From Promethearchaeia archaeon (GTDB taxonomy: Archaea > Asgardarchaeota > Lokiarchaeia > Sigyniarchaeales > SOKP01), in contig JAHQWK010000001.1 of assembly GCA_029856145.1 (NCBI GenBank), forward strand, positions 160,001 through 224,000: a stretch of 64,000 bases of DNA. The letters run 5' to 3'. The notes beneath the pieces are model-generated. The model did not search any database, had not been told where the DNA came from, and worked only from the letters and a program-made list of their open reading frames with translations. The position numbers and the translations under genes were made by a program. Positions 41,618 through 51,919 of the stretch are shown here, piece after piece. Numbering within the stretch: the first letter of the stretch is position 1; the number at the start of each line of letters is the position of its first letter.

Positions 41618-42640
41618 TTAAACATAATCAGAAATTAGGACTGTAACTATATCATTAATACCATAGTTTTCATCAAAGATTTTTTCTATATTCACTTTCA
41701 TTATCTTTTGGGATTTTTTAAGCAAAAGGCTTGGTAACTGTAATCCATATCTATCTTTTAGGTGAGATATAATTAATTTTAAAGGGATTTCAAGTTTATC
41801 AGAATAATTTTTTCCTTCTAATAAGCCTTGTTTGCAGATTTGAGTAATAGTGGATATGATTTCTTCAGTACATAAAACACTTACATGTTTATCTGTGAAT
41901 CGTGCTAATTTATAGCCTTTTACTTCTATACATAAAATTTTATAACTGGGTATTCTACTAAGAACAGCACTTCTTTTATCTTTATAATACTTATTATATC
42001 CTAAATAATTATAATCAGACTTCTTATGTTCAAAGAATGATGAAAAATGAAGTGCATATGGAGAATCAACTATATTCCTTCCTGACACATTCATATAATA
42101 AATTCGCCCCCCATATAAAGAATGGACTCGTTTTTCCATCCCTAATACACCTATACCCTCTTCATTTTGAGGATTTTTTTTATATGAAACACAAGTTCCA
42201 TGACCATTAAAGATCCATAATGTATAGATGTCTTTATGAGTGTAATTTTTTGTTCGTTCAATTAATTTTCTTTTGCTAATTTGAGAGTTTTGACATTCAA
42301 TAACAACCTTCTTTCCATTTTTTAATTCGAAATATACATCTGCGATTTGATCTCCGATCCTATGCTCAATTTTTTTTGAAAAAATTTGATTAAATCTTGG
42401 AAACATCACATACCAATACGCTTTCATAGTTTTATGTTCTAATGTTTCTGGCTCAAAAAAAAAATCTTTCTCTCCTTTATGTAAAAAGCAATCCAATTCT
42501 TCATTATAAAATAGAGGTTTTTTACAAATTGTACATAGCCAAGTGTATTTTTTAGAATTAGAAGGTAAACCATCTAGTATATTGAAAACCTTTCCTAACT
42601 CAAAATTAAAAGCGCGAACTACCCTTTTGTCCTTTTCCAT
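41618..42640 (-). CDS. CoiA-like PD-(D/E)xK nuclease family protein
   Basis: CTIC..H Zn site, ETLEH, IADVY..VIECQNS, RTKNY..TLWIF. Confidence 0.75.
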   Translation of the reverse strand: MEKDKRVVRAFNFELGKVFNILDGLPSNSKKYTWLCTICKKPLFYNEELDCFLHKGEKDFFFEPETLEHKTMKAYWYVMFPRFNQIFSKKIEHRIGDQIADVYFELKNGKKVVIECQNSQISKRKLIERTKNYTHKDIYTLWIFNGHGTCVSYKKNPQNEEGIGVLGMEKRVHSLYGGRIYYMNVSGRNIVDSPYALHFSSFFEHKKSDYNYLGYNKYYKDKRSAVLSRIPSYKILCIEVKGYKLARFTDKHVSVLCTEEIISTITQICKQGLLEGKNYSDKLEIPLKLIISHLKDRYGLQLPSLLLKKSQKIMKVNIEKIFDENYGINDIVTVLISDYV

Positions 42641-42918
42641 TTCTCACTAAAATAAATCGAATTTTAAAGGATTTTTATCTTTATATTACATTTTTTCTAT
42701 TTAAACCAAAGACTTATTAGATAATCGCATCGAATCCAAAAATATTTAGAGATATCGATATAAGGCTAGAAATTTTTTTCACTGTTGATATTTAAAAATT
42801 AAAAAATTTCTGGGGATAATAGTATTATTTTTAATATATCTTGAACATAGTATTCAATTATATAATAAGAAAATTTTTGTTAAACTGCTTTAAGATTATT
42901 TGTTTAAAGATTTTACTC

Positions 42919-43065
42919 ATGTATAATGCCATCATCTCAGGTGCGGGACATTCAGGTTCACAATGTGCTGAACACCTAGTTAAAACGGGATATAAAGTTG
43001 CTCTAATCCCTTCAGAGGATTTTCTATTCCCTTCAGAAGATTTTATAGCAAAAATAGATGACTAG
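42919..43065 (+). pseudogene. Internally deleted remnant of a geranylgeranyl-reductase paralogue
   Basis: MYNAIISGAGHSGSQCAEHLVKTGYKVALI matches the N-terminus of ORF 46688-47857, and PSEDFIAKIDD matches its C-terminus (PSKDFIQKIND). Confidence 0.8.
43007..43047 (+). repeat. Tandem direct repeat (20 bp, 21-bp period) at the deletion junction
   Basis: TCCCTTCAGAGGATTTTCTA / TCCCTTCAGAAGATTTTATA. Confidence 0.8.
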
Positions 43066-43101
43066 CTAAAATTCAAAAATAAAATCTCACAAATTACAAT
43101 A

Positions 43102-43554
43102 ATGAAATCCGACAAATTAATAATAAGAATAATTAAGAGTAAAAAGGAAGTTTATTACTCATTATTTTCAATTTCAGTAAGTTATTTATTATATTTGATC
43201 TTCATTTTATTCATTAATTTAGCAGATAGTCAAGTTGTTTTACCTTTTTTATTTTTGAGTGTTACTATTTTAATTTTTTTATATTCTCTTGACATATACT
43301 ATGATTCTAAGAGATATAACGAATCTACTTCAAAAAAATTAATATTTTTTTTAATTTTTTTCTCAATCGCTATTAGTTTCATTGCAGTATTGAGACTAAT
43401 AATTCTAATATTATTTGATATTTATTATTTAATTCCTATCTCTATCCACTTTCTAGCCTCAATTATAATTTATTATATCCTTAGGAAAGAAGTAAAGAAG
43501 TATTATTCTACAAAAAATAAACAGAATATTGAACAAAGTAAAAATCACCTTTAG
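43102..43554 (+). CDS. Hypothetical 4-TM membrane protein
   Basis: Very hydrophobic, AT-rich ORF. Confidence 0.6.
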   Translation: MKSDKLIIRIIKSKKEVYYSLFSISVSYLLYLIFILFINLADSQVVLPFLFLSVTILIFLYSLDIYYDSKRYNESTSKKLIFFLIFFSIAISFIAVLRLIILILFDIYYLIPISIHFLASIIIYYILRKEVKKYYSTKNKQNIEQSKNHL

Positions 43555-43565
43555 TATTATTAATT

Positions 43566-44516
43566 ATGAAATCAAATAAATCGGTTTTTACTAAAGAAAA
43601 GAGAGAGTCTTACGTCTTGTTCTATATTCTTATCATCATTTTGATATCAGCATTTTTAGTTGCTCTTAGAATTATCTTTTACTTCTTCCAAGAAGAATCT
43701 TCTGGATTATTTTTTATTGATTTATTAATGAGAAATAGAGATCTAAACTTTAAAACCAACTACGATTTAATGCATAACGGAATTATTCATTATTATGAAA
43801 ATAATCCTCTATTAGATGAAAAAGCGATTTATTTCTACTTCTGGTATTTTATCTTTTATCCCTTCTACATGATACCCCTAGAAATTTCACTATATATCTG
43901 GGATCTATTGAGATTGTTTACCATGATATATATTGCAGTCAATATCCACAAGATAATTGAAAATAGAAGAGATCTACTCTTTTTCTTTCTGTTTTCTGGC
44001 ATTGGATATTTTGCCGACATGTATTTAAATAATACGAATTGGATTATTCAATTCTTATTATATGAATCATACATTCACCTAGAGAAGGATAAGAAACTCT
44101 ACTCTGGTATTTTTTTTACTCTGGCTACTTTTAAAATAACATTGATTATTATTCCGTTTGTATTTATCATTATTAAAAAGATTAAAGTGAAGGATTTGGT
44201 ATACTATTTTTTACCATTAATCGTAATTTGTATGCCCTATCTTATTTTTCCAGGATATTTTTTATCTATGATATCTAATTGGTTTTATATTGCAAATACA
44301 ACATCAGGCCCTCCTATTCTGACCATCTTTTTAATAATTTGGCGTTTAATTCAACCTGCTCACTTGATGTTTATTAGTATAATAATAGTAATTGTTCTCA
44401 TAAATATTAAGAATGAAGGAGCAAGAAATCGAATTGGTTCTTTAATTTATTTTGTTATTTTTGTATTTTGGGTTTTTTTATGGGTACTAATATTAGGATT
44501 GGCTCTATTTTTTTGA
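43566..44516 (+). CDS. GT-C fold (GT87/DUF2029-like) multi-pass glycosyltransferase
   Basis: YFYFWYFIFYPF..LYIW, DMYLNNTN, LATFKI patterns with many TM helices. Confidence 0.6.
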   Translation: MKSNKSVFTKEKRESYVLFYILIIILISAFLVALRIIFYFFQEESSGLFFIDLLMRNRDLNFKTNYDLMHNGIIHYYENNPLLDEKAIYFYFWYFIFYPFYMIPLEISLYIWDLLRLFTMIYIAVNIHKIIENRRDLLFFFLFSGIGYFADMYLNNTNWIIQFLLYESYIHLEKDKKLYSGIFFTLATFKITLIIIPFVFIIIKKIKVKDLVYYFLPLIVICMPYLIFPGYFLSMISNWFYIANTTSGPPILTIFLIIWRLIQPAHLMFISIIIVIVLINIKNEGARNRIGSLIYFVIFVFWVFLWVLILGLALFF

Positions 44517-44903
44517 TTATATTCGATTATTATCATACTCTTGAATATTAATTAATACAAATGAGATAATAATAGAAGGCATAGATGAAAAACTGTATAC
44601 TGGAGCAAAACAAGCAAAACCAAATAACCTAATTAAAAAAATAATATTAAAACCAATTCCAATAAGTAAGAAACTTAGTATAGCAGCTTTAAATTTTCTA
44701 TTAATTTGTTTAATTCTTACAGTAATTATTCCCGAAGTGACCATTAGTATGATTCTTATAAATTCAAACCACGGTAAAAATATGAATAATCCTGTATAAA
44801 CTATTTTACTTAATGTGATTGAGTTATTTATCCATAGAATCAGTATTAGATTAAGTAAAAATGATATTAGTGATATTATAAGCTTTAAATTAACCAATCC
44901 CAC
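44517..44903 (-). CDS. Hypothetical membrane protein
   Basis: Hydrophobic 128-aa ORF with GTG start. Confidence 0.45.
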   Translation of the reverse strand: MGLVNLKLIISLISFLLNLILILWINNSITLSKIVYTGLFIFLPWFEFIRIILMVTSGIITVRIKQINRKFKAAILSFLLIGIGFNIIFLIRLFGFACFAPVYSFSSMPSIIISFVLINIQEYDNNRI

Positions 44904-45128
44904 TAAAAGGTTGTATCTCTGCCTATTATTTATTAATAAAATACACCATAGACTAATTTTATTAGAAATACTAATTCTTTAAGATTTATTTCTATTGTTA
45001 TCATAAAAAATTGCCAAAATTAATTGGATTTGGTTATAAATGTTTTTATATTTATATTCTTTAATAAGATTGTTTTATCCTTTAATTAGAAATTCCAATC
45101 ATAAAAAAAAATTTTAACATGATAAATT

Positions 45129-45758
45129 ATGTCTGAAAATGAAGTAATGTGTAGTAACTGCGGTACTCTCAATAAAAAAGATAGTATATATTGCGTTGAT
45201 TGTGGTGTGCTATTAAAAACAGCTATGAGTGATATGCTTACTACCACACCACCAACAAAGAAAGAATCTAAATCTTCATATAAAGAATTTAAGTTTCCTT
45301 ATAAAGTATTAATATACTTTGGCATTGTTGTAGTTGTAAATTTCATATTATCTCTCTTAATACTGATGGGATTTGCTTTAGGAGCAAATTCCTATTTTGC
45401 AGTTTTTTTTGGAGTATTCTTACTCTCAATGATAATCGTTGGTGTATTTTGGGGCGCAGCTAAAGCTGGTAGTAGTGATGCTGTAGAAGCTATAGGTGTG
45501 TGTGGAGGTATAGTCATTGCTAGTATAGTAATAGCACTTGCAATTCCTATTTACATTTTCACTACTTTGGCACCTATAGTTGGAGCAATAGCTGCCCAAA
45601 TAGGAGAAGCAATATCCAATGCAATTAATAACTTTTTTTCATCTCTGTTCGAAGATATTGAAATTCCTGGTTTTGAACCATTTTTATTTATTGGTTTATT
45701 CATAGTACTTTCGATATTTATTGTTTATAGGTACCATTTAGTAGCAAAAAGGAAATAG
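45129..45758 (+). CDS. Zinc-ribbon membrane protein with an IPGF-type C-terminal sorting signal
   Basis: CSNC..CVDC, about 3 internal TM helices, then EIPGF + TM helix + basic tail AKRK. Confidence 0.75.
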   Translation: MSENEVMCSNCGTLNKKDSIYCVDCGVLLKTAMSDMLTTTPPTKKESKSSYKEFKFPYKVLIYFGIVVVVNFILSLLILMGFALGANSYFAVFFGVFLLSMIIVGVFWGAAKAGSSDAVEAIGVCGGIVIASIVIALAIPIYIFTTLAPIVGAIAAQIGEAISNAINNFFSSLFEDIEIPGFEPFLFIGLFIVLSIFIVYRYHLVAKRK

Positions 45759-45846
45759 TTTTAATAATTAACATTATTTTTATTTCCTTTTTTTTTTTCC
45801 ATTATAATGATCTAACCTGAATTGAAAAACCATATATGACTAAAAA

Positions 45847-46521
45847 ATGAAAGAAAACCAAAATGACCAGTTTTATTATCCTAAACCAACACTCCACTTG
45901 GATGGGAAAGCATATAGGTTTACGACTCTTCAAATATTTTATTTAATTTTTGGCAGTCCATTATTATCTATATTGATTTATTTATTTCTAAAACTTAAAA
46001 TTAATTACTGGATATATGAACTCACAGCTATACAAATAGTTAGTATCTTAAACCTAATTTTTAATATAAATTCAATAGTGATTATCTATTCAGATCCAAA
46101 TATCTTTCCCACAATATCTATACCTAACCATCCATTTAATGGGAATTATGCAATTACTACAAATTGTATCGCAGCTCATATTTTTGGCATTATGATTGCA
46201 ATCATTTTATTTATACCAGCATCAAAAGATTCTTCAAACAAAAAGGATTTTATTTGGAGAAAAATAAAGACATTAACAATTTCAATTGTAGGAATTTACA
46301 TTTTAAATATATTTCGAATTGCTTTTTTATTATTTTTTAATTATAACGGAATTCCATTTGAGTTCATTCATGAATCGCTATTCTTCTTATCTGCAGTTAT
46401 CGGAGCTTTATTTCTTGTTTTACTCCTTAAAAATTGGCAACCAGAATTATTTATCTCAATCTATTACTTGTATTGTTTAATTTCTCAAAGGAAAAAAATC
46501 AACAGTTTAAGCAATAAATAA
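45847..46521 (+). CDS. Exosortase/archaeosortase family protein
   Basis: Multi-TM with triad-like residues NCIA (Cys), LNIFRI (Arg), FIHE (His). Confidence 0.75.
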   Translation: MKENQNDQFYYPKPTLHLDGKAYRFTTLQIFYLIFGSPLLSILIYLFLKLKINYWIYELTAIQIVSILNLIFNINSIVIIYSDPNIFPTISIPNHPFNGNYAITTNCIAAHIFGIMIAIILFIPASKDSSNKKDFIWRKIKTLTISIVGIYILNIFRIAFLLFFNYNGIPFEFIHESLFFLSAVIGALFLVLLLKNWQPELFISIYYLYCLISQRKKINSLSNK

Positions 46522-46687
46522 TTAATATGTTTATTTTTAATCAAAAAATATTACAATTTGAATGAATTTATTATATTCAATTTAAAACAAAAAAATGTTT
46601 GTAACTAGTCTAATCATAATCTCTATCCTGGGTTGTGCAGGGATTATCGTACTTATAAAATTCAGAAACGAATAATTATTTTTAATT

Positions 46688-47857
46688 ATGTATGATGTTG
46701 TAATTAGTGGTGCTGGGCCCTCAGGCTCTCAATGTGCCGAGGTTCTTACCAAAGCAGGTTTTAAGGTTGCGTTAATCGAAAAGGATACTAACTGGAGGAA
46801 ACCATGTGGAGGCGCCGTTCATTCTAGTGTTGTAGATCTCTATCCACAGATTAAAAAATTAAATATTCCAAAAATTTTAGGAGTTGTTATGTATTCAGCA
46901 GATTATCATAAGTTAGAATTTAAGGGCGAGGGTGATGAATATTCAATAATAATGGATAGATTAGAGCTCGATAATATAATGAGAGACGCTGCAGTTAATG
47001 CTGGAGCAGAACTTTTCGATAAAAACATATCATTTGATTTTTTGTTTAAAAATCAGAAAAAAATTGGTATAAAAACAAAATCTCCAACTGGTATCAAGGA
47101 GTACTATGGGAATTTAATAATAGTTGCTGACGGAATGAGTTCCAAATTAGCAATAAGATCCGGAGTAAGGCCGAAATGGAAAATCACCCAACTCGCAATT
47201 GGTAAATGTGCAATAATAGAAGGAAGTAATCAGTTAGATGAGGAATTTGTATATGTATATTTTAAACCATATCTAGGATATGGATGGATATTTCCATTAG
47301 GTAAAAAACGATTTAATATAGGAGTGTTTACTTTTGGAAAAGATAATTTAAATTATAATATACATGAAATTTATCAAGAGTTTCTTGGTAACCCAAACGT
47401 TAATAAATATATCCCAAATTCCACTTATAAGACTATATGGTCAAGTTCTTATTCTTTTCCAGCAGAAGGTGTATTAGAAAAGAGTTTATTTGCTGATAAT
47501 TTAATGCTTATAGGAGATGCTGGAGGATTCGTTTCTCCTATAAGTGGTGAAGGGATTCAAACAGCTGTAATCTCCGGTAAAATTGCGGCAGAAACAGCTA
47601 TAAAAGCTTTGCAAGAGGAAGATTATTCAAAAACTAATTTAAAAACCTATAAGACTAACCCTGAAATCAAAAAAATCATTAGGAATTTTAAACTGAAGTA
47701 TTCAATGATTAATTTCTTTTACGAGAATAATGGTAAAAATCTAAACAAAATGCTTCAACTATCTGAAAAAGATCCAGTGTTTAGAGAACAAGTAGTTAAC
47801 TTATTCACATATGGAGAAATGCCTTCAAAGGATTTTATACAAAAAATAAATGATTAG
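46688..47857 (+). CDS. Geranylgeranyl reductase family FAD oxidoreductase
   Basis: GAGPSG, KPCGG, ADG, YGWIFP, IGDAGG..PISGEGI. Confidence 0.9.
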   Translation: MYDVVISGAGPSGSQCAEVLTKAGFKVALIEKDTNWRKPCGGAVHSSVVDLYPQIKKLNIPKILGVVMYSADYHKLEFKGEGDEYSIIMDRLELDNIMRDAAVNAGAELFDKNISFDFLFKNQKKIGIKTKSPTGIKEYYGNLIIVADGMSSKLAIRSGVRPKWKITQLAIGKCAIIEGSNQLDEEFVYVYFKPYLGYGWIFPLGKKRFNIGVFTFGKDNLNYNIHEIYQEFLGNPNVNKYIPNSTYKTIWSSSYSFPAEGVLEKSLFADNLMLIGDAGGFVSPISGEGIQTAVISGKIAAETAIKALQEEDYSKTNLKTYKTNPEIKKIIRNFKLKYSMINFFYENNGKNLNKMLQLSEKDPVFREQVVNLFTYGEMPSKDFIQKIND

Positions 47858-47926
47858 AAAAAAAAAATTAAACCCATCTCAATATATTCTCCCCTTATTT
47901 TCCCCTTATATCTAAAAATCGATACA

Positions 47927-47995
47927 TTTATATATGTCAGTTAATACTTATATAATAGTCATTGTCAAGTAAGTGATGACAACAATCGCTTACTT
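47927..47995 (+). promoter_or_regulatory. TATA box and downstream inverted repeat upstream of grpE
   Basis: TTTATATA at 47927; AAGTAAGTGAT-GACAACA-ATCGCTTACTT at 47967-47995. Confidence 0.55.
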
Positions 47996-48045
47996 ATAAA
48001 AAAACTTTTAATAAATGGGGTTTAAAACTCAAAAAAATTAAAAAA

Positions 48046-48756
48046 ATGAATTATAATTTTAGAAAAGAAATAGGAGATATAAGACCTATGGTATTTGAAG
48101 ATTATTTTGACAGGTTTATGAGCGAACGCGGTTCTCCGCGTAGTATATCAAATCAAATTTCAATTTCGAGAAGTGATTTTGAACAGCTTAAAGCGAAGGC
48201 GGAAAAATATGAGGCGTTAGTGAAAGAACACAAGAAAATAAAGACTCAAAACGATCGGATGCTCAAGGAACTCGATGATATGAAGGACGATGGGCGCAAG
48301 TTTAAAGAATTAATGGAAGAAAAGGAGAAATTTATGAATTCCCTTTTACGTGTACGCGCTGATTTTGAGAACTATAAGAAGCGTTCAGAGCGAGAAAACG
48401 GTAGGTATCGAGAACATGTTATGGAAGTTATTTTAAAAAAATTGATCGATCATTATGATGATTTAATAAGAGCATTAAACTTGCTAAAAGTGCTTGAGAA
48501 TATGGATGGTATTAAAAATGGCTTTGAAATAATAATGAAGAATTTTGAAAAATTGCTTGTTGAAGAAGGTGTAGAATCGATGAATTCGGAAGGTGAGAAA
48601 TTTGATCCCTATAAGCATGAAGCAGTAATAGTTGAAGAGGGTCGGAATGATCTCCCTGAAAATACGATATTAGAAGAAATAACTAAAGGTTATTACTTTA
48701 AAGATAAAGTATTAAGACCAGCAATGGTCAAAATCTCAAAAAAATCAAAATTATAA
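48046..48756 (+). CDS. grpE: Nucleotide exchange factor GrpE
   Basis: LRVRADFENYKKR, FDPYKHEAV, KGY..VLRPAMVKI. Confidence 0.95.
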   Translation: MNYNFRKEIGDIRPMVFEDYFDRFMSERGSPRSISNQISISRSDFEQLKAKAEKYEALVKEHKKIKTQNDRMLKELDDMKDDGRKFKELMEEKEKFMNSLLRVRADFENYKKRSERENGRYREHVMEVILKKLIDHYDDLIRALNLLKVLENMDGIKNGFEIIMKNFEKLLVEEGVESMNSEGEKFDPYKHEAVIVEEGRNDLPENTILEEITKGYYFKDKVLRPAMVKISKKSKL

Positions 48757-48814
48757 AATTTAAAATAAAAAATCAAAAAAAAAAACAAATTAAAATAAAA
48801 AAGAGTGATGAAAT

Positions 48815-50722
48815 ATGGCAAAAATAATAGGAATTGACCTAGGAACGTCAAATTCAGCAGCAGCTGTATTAATTGGAGGCAAACCAACAATTATTCCGAG
48901 TGCTGAGGGTTTAACCTTAGGTGGAAAAGCATTCCCTTCTGTGGTTGCTTTTACGAAAGATGCTCAGAGATTAGTTGGAGAGCCAGCAAGGAGACAAGCG
49001 ATCTCAAATCCTGATCGAACAATAACTGCAATAAAGAGAAAGATGGGTACATCCTATAAAGTTAATATTGATGGGAAAGAATATTCTCCACAAGAGATTT
49101 CAGCTATGATTCTTAGAAAGATCAAGGAAGATGCTAGTGCTTATTTAGGGGAAGAAGTTACTGATGTTATTATTACAGTACCAGCTTATTTTAACGATAA
49201 TCAAAGACAAGCTACAAAGGATGCGGGAAGGATTGCAGGATTAAATGTTAAGCGTTTAATTAACGAACCCACTGCCGCAGCGGTAGCTTATGGATTAGAC
49301 AAAAAAAATGCAAGATTAAAAATTGCAGTATTGGATCTTGGCGGTGGTACTTTTGATGTCACAATAATGGAGATGGATAATCAAGTATTTGAAGTGATTT
49401 CTACAGCAGGTGATACTCAATTAGGAGGTACAGATATGGATAAGATACTTGTCGACTATCTTGTATCAGAATTTCAGAAAAATGAGGGAGTCGATTTAAA
49501 AGGAGATTCAATGGCAATGCAAAGGGTTCGAGAAGCCGCTGAAAAAGCTAAAATTGAATTATCTACATCAATAACAACTGATATTAATTTACCTTATATT
49601 ACCGCTACAAGTGAAGGTCCTAAACACCTTAATATGACACTTACGAGAGCAAAATTAGAGCAACTAATTGAGCCAGTATTAAAGAGACTAGACACCTCTA
49701 TTTTGAAGGCTTTAAGAGATGCGGGGATGGCTAGAGGAGAAATAGATAAAACTATTTTAGTCGGCGGACCTACAAGAATGCCTGTCATTCAAAAGAAATT
49801 TGAGGACTTATTAGGCAAAACACCAGAGCGTAGTATTGATCCAATGGAGTGCGTTGCGATGGGTGCTTCTGTACAAGGCGGAGTTTTAACTGGAGAAGTA
49901 GAAGATTTACTATTACTTGATGTTACACCATTATCATTAGGAGTTGAAACATTAGGTGGAGTCTTTACAAAATTAATTGAAAGAAACACTACAATTCCTA
50001 CCAAAAAAGCTGAGACTTTCTCAACAGCAGCAGATAATCAACCAGCAGTAGAGATTCATGTATTGCAAGGTGAAAGACTAAGAGCAGCAGATAACATAAC
50101 ATTAGGTAGATTTCATTTAAATGGAATTCCCCCTGCTCCAAGGGGTATGCCACAGATCGAAGTAACTTTTGATATCGATCAAAATGGAATTATCAATGTT
50201 TCAGCAAAAGATAAAGGTACTGGAAAAAGTCAATCGATAACAATTACAGCATCCACTAAGATGTCTGATGATGAAATTGATCAAAAAATCCGTGAAGCTG
50301 AAAGAAATGCTGAAGAAGATAAAAAATTCAAAGAATTAACTGAGGTAAAAAATCATGGAGAGTCATTAATTTACCAAACTGAGAAACTATTAAACGAAAA
50401 TGAAGCTGTTATAGGCGATTTAAAATCAAATATACTTAATAAAATCTCTGATTTAAGAAGTGCGATGGAATCTGATGAAGTTAACAAAATTAAAACTGCT
50501 TCAGAAGCTTTACAAAATTCATTACATGAAGTCTCATCTCGAATGTATGGACAACAGCAGGGGCAAGGAGCTTATCAAGGTGCACCACCCGGAGGAATGG
50601 GTGAAGTACCCCCAGGAAGCACATATGGTGATCAAGGAAAAACCCAAGATGAAATTGAAGAGGAACAATTCAGAAGAGCTACAGGCCAAGATGATAATGT
50701 AGTTGATGCTGAGTATGATTAA
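48815..50722 (+). CDS. dnaK: Chaperone DnaK (Hsp70), short Gram-positive/archaeal type
   Basis: [38 protein letters not shown]; lacks the subdomain IB insert. Confidence 0.98.
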   Translation: MAKIIGIDLGTSNSAAAVLIGGKPTIIPSAEGLTLGGKAFPSVVAFTKDAQRLVGEPARRQAISNPDRTITAIKRKMGTSYKVNIDGKEYSPQEISAMILRKIKEDASAYLGEEVTDVIITVPAYFNDNQRQATKDAGRIAGLNVKRLINEPTAAAVAYGLDKKNARLKIAVLDLGGGTFDVTIMEMDNQVFEVISTAGDTQLGGTDMDKILVDYLVSEFQKNEGVDLKGDSMAMQRVREAAEKAKIELSTSITTDINLPYITATSEGPKHLNMTLTRAKLEQLIEPVLKRLDTSILKALRDAGMARGEIDKTILVGGPTRMPVIQKKFEDLLGKTPERSIDPMECVAMGASVQGGVLTGEVEDLLLLDVTPLSLGVETLGGVFTKLIERNTTIPTKKAETFSTAADNQPAVEIHVLQGERLRAADNITLGRFHLNGIPPAPRGMPQIEVTFDIDQNGIINVSAKDKGTGKSQSITITASTKMSDDEIDQKIREAERNAEEDKKFKELTEVKNHGESLIYQTEKLLNENEAVIGDLKSNILNKISDLRSAMESDEVNKIKTASEALQNSLHEVSSRMYGQQQGQGAYQGAPPGGMGEVPPGSTYGDQGKTQDEIEEEQFRRATGQDDNVVDAEYD

Positions 50723-50728
50723 ATACGA

Positions 50729-50752
50729 TTTTTTTTTTATTAATTTTTTTTA
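50729..50752 (+). terminator. Oligo-T tract, probable archaeal terminator after dnaK
   Basis: Long T runs immediately after the stop codon. Confidence 0.45.
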
Positions 50753-50795
50753 TTCTTTACTTAAAAATTATTATTATATAAAGGGGTTGTAAAAT

Positions 50796-51806
50796 ATGGT
50801 AAAAGATTACTATAAAACACTAGGAATTAATAAAGGAGCTTCAAAAGAGGAAATAAAAAGAGCATTTCGTAAAATGGCTCGTAAATACCATCCTGATGTT
50901 AATCCTGATGAGTCAAAATCAGGAGAAAAATTTAAGGAGATAAATGAAGCATACAGTATTTTGAGTGATGACAAAAAAAGAGAAATGTATGATAAATTTG
51001 GTGTTGTAGAAGGAGATTCTTCAACATATCAGAATTCGGGAGGAGCTCCAAGAGGCGCTAGAGTTCAGAGAAGCCCAGATGGTACAACCTATTACTATTC
51101 CACATCAGGTTCTCCTGGAGGATTCGATTTCAGTGAAATATTTGGGAATAAAGGTAATTCAAGGAATGGAACTGGTGGATTTGATTTTTTTAATGATTTA
51201 GGAGATATTTTTGACGTGTTTAATAGGAGAGGAGGAGGGAGCACACGAGCAAGATCTTCAAATTATAACAATCTTCCAAGAGAGGGGGATGATTTAAGAT
51301 ATGATATGGAAATAGATTTCATGGACGCATTTTATGGAGGGAAGAAAAAGGTTCAATATAAAGATCCCACAACCGGTCAAATGAAGTCTTTAAATGTAAA
51401 CATTCCAAGAGGGATCAAAGATGATCAAAAATTACGTCTAAAAGGGAAAGGTATGTTAGGAGAAAATGGAGGTTCTCCTGGTGATCTCTATATTGCTATA
51501 CACATAAGAAAGCATCCTAGATTTGAAAGGAGAGATGATGATATTTATGTGGAACAAGAAGTTTCTTTTACTACAGCAACACTTGGAGGAAAAATACAAG
51601 TGTCTGGAGTTGAAAAAACTTTGAATGTTACTCTTCCCCCGGGAACAAATGATTCATCATTATTAAGATTAAAAAATCAAGGATTTTATAAAATTAATTC
51701 AAATCAAAGAGGAAATTTATTGATTAAAATCAAAATTAAAGTTCCTGATAAATTGGATAGAAACCAGAAAATTTTATTAGAAAAATTACAATCTGTGGGT
51801 TTATAA
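50796..51806 (+). CDS. dnaJ: Class B J-domain protein (DnaJ/CbpA-like, no zinc finger)
   Basis: J domain with HPD, G/F-rich linker and C-terminal domains; no CxxCxGxG repeats. Confidence 0.92.
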   Translation: MVKDYYKTLGINKGASKEEIKRAFRKMARKYHPDVNPDESKSGEKFKEINEAYSILSDDKKREMYDKFGVVEGDSSTYQNSGGAPRGARVQRSPDGTTYYYSTSGSPGGFDFSEIFGNKGNSRNGTGGFDFFNDLGDIFDVFNRRGGGSTRARSSNYNNLPREGDDLRYDMEIDFMDAFYGGKKKVQYKDPTTGQMKSLNVNIPRGIKDDQKLRLKGKGMLGENGGSPGDLYIAIHIRKHPRFERRDDDIYVEQEVSFTTATLGGKIQVSGVEKTLNVTLPPGTNDSSLLRLKNQGFYKINSNQRGNLLIKIKIKVPDKLDRNQKILLEKLQSVGL

Positions 51807-51919
51807 ATAAATATGGATAAAAGTTATAAAATAAAAAATGAAAAAATAGAGGAGAATTAATAATTGGTCTACAATTGTTTTATTATTTTTAAAAAAAATA
51901 AGATAATGAGGATGTTATA

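Noticed and set aside
42841-42918. TTG-started extension of the 74-aa ORF
   Set aside because: Homology to the GGR paralogue begins at the ATG at 42919
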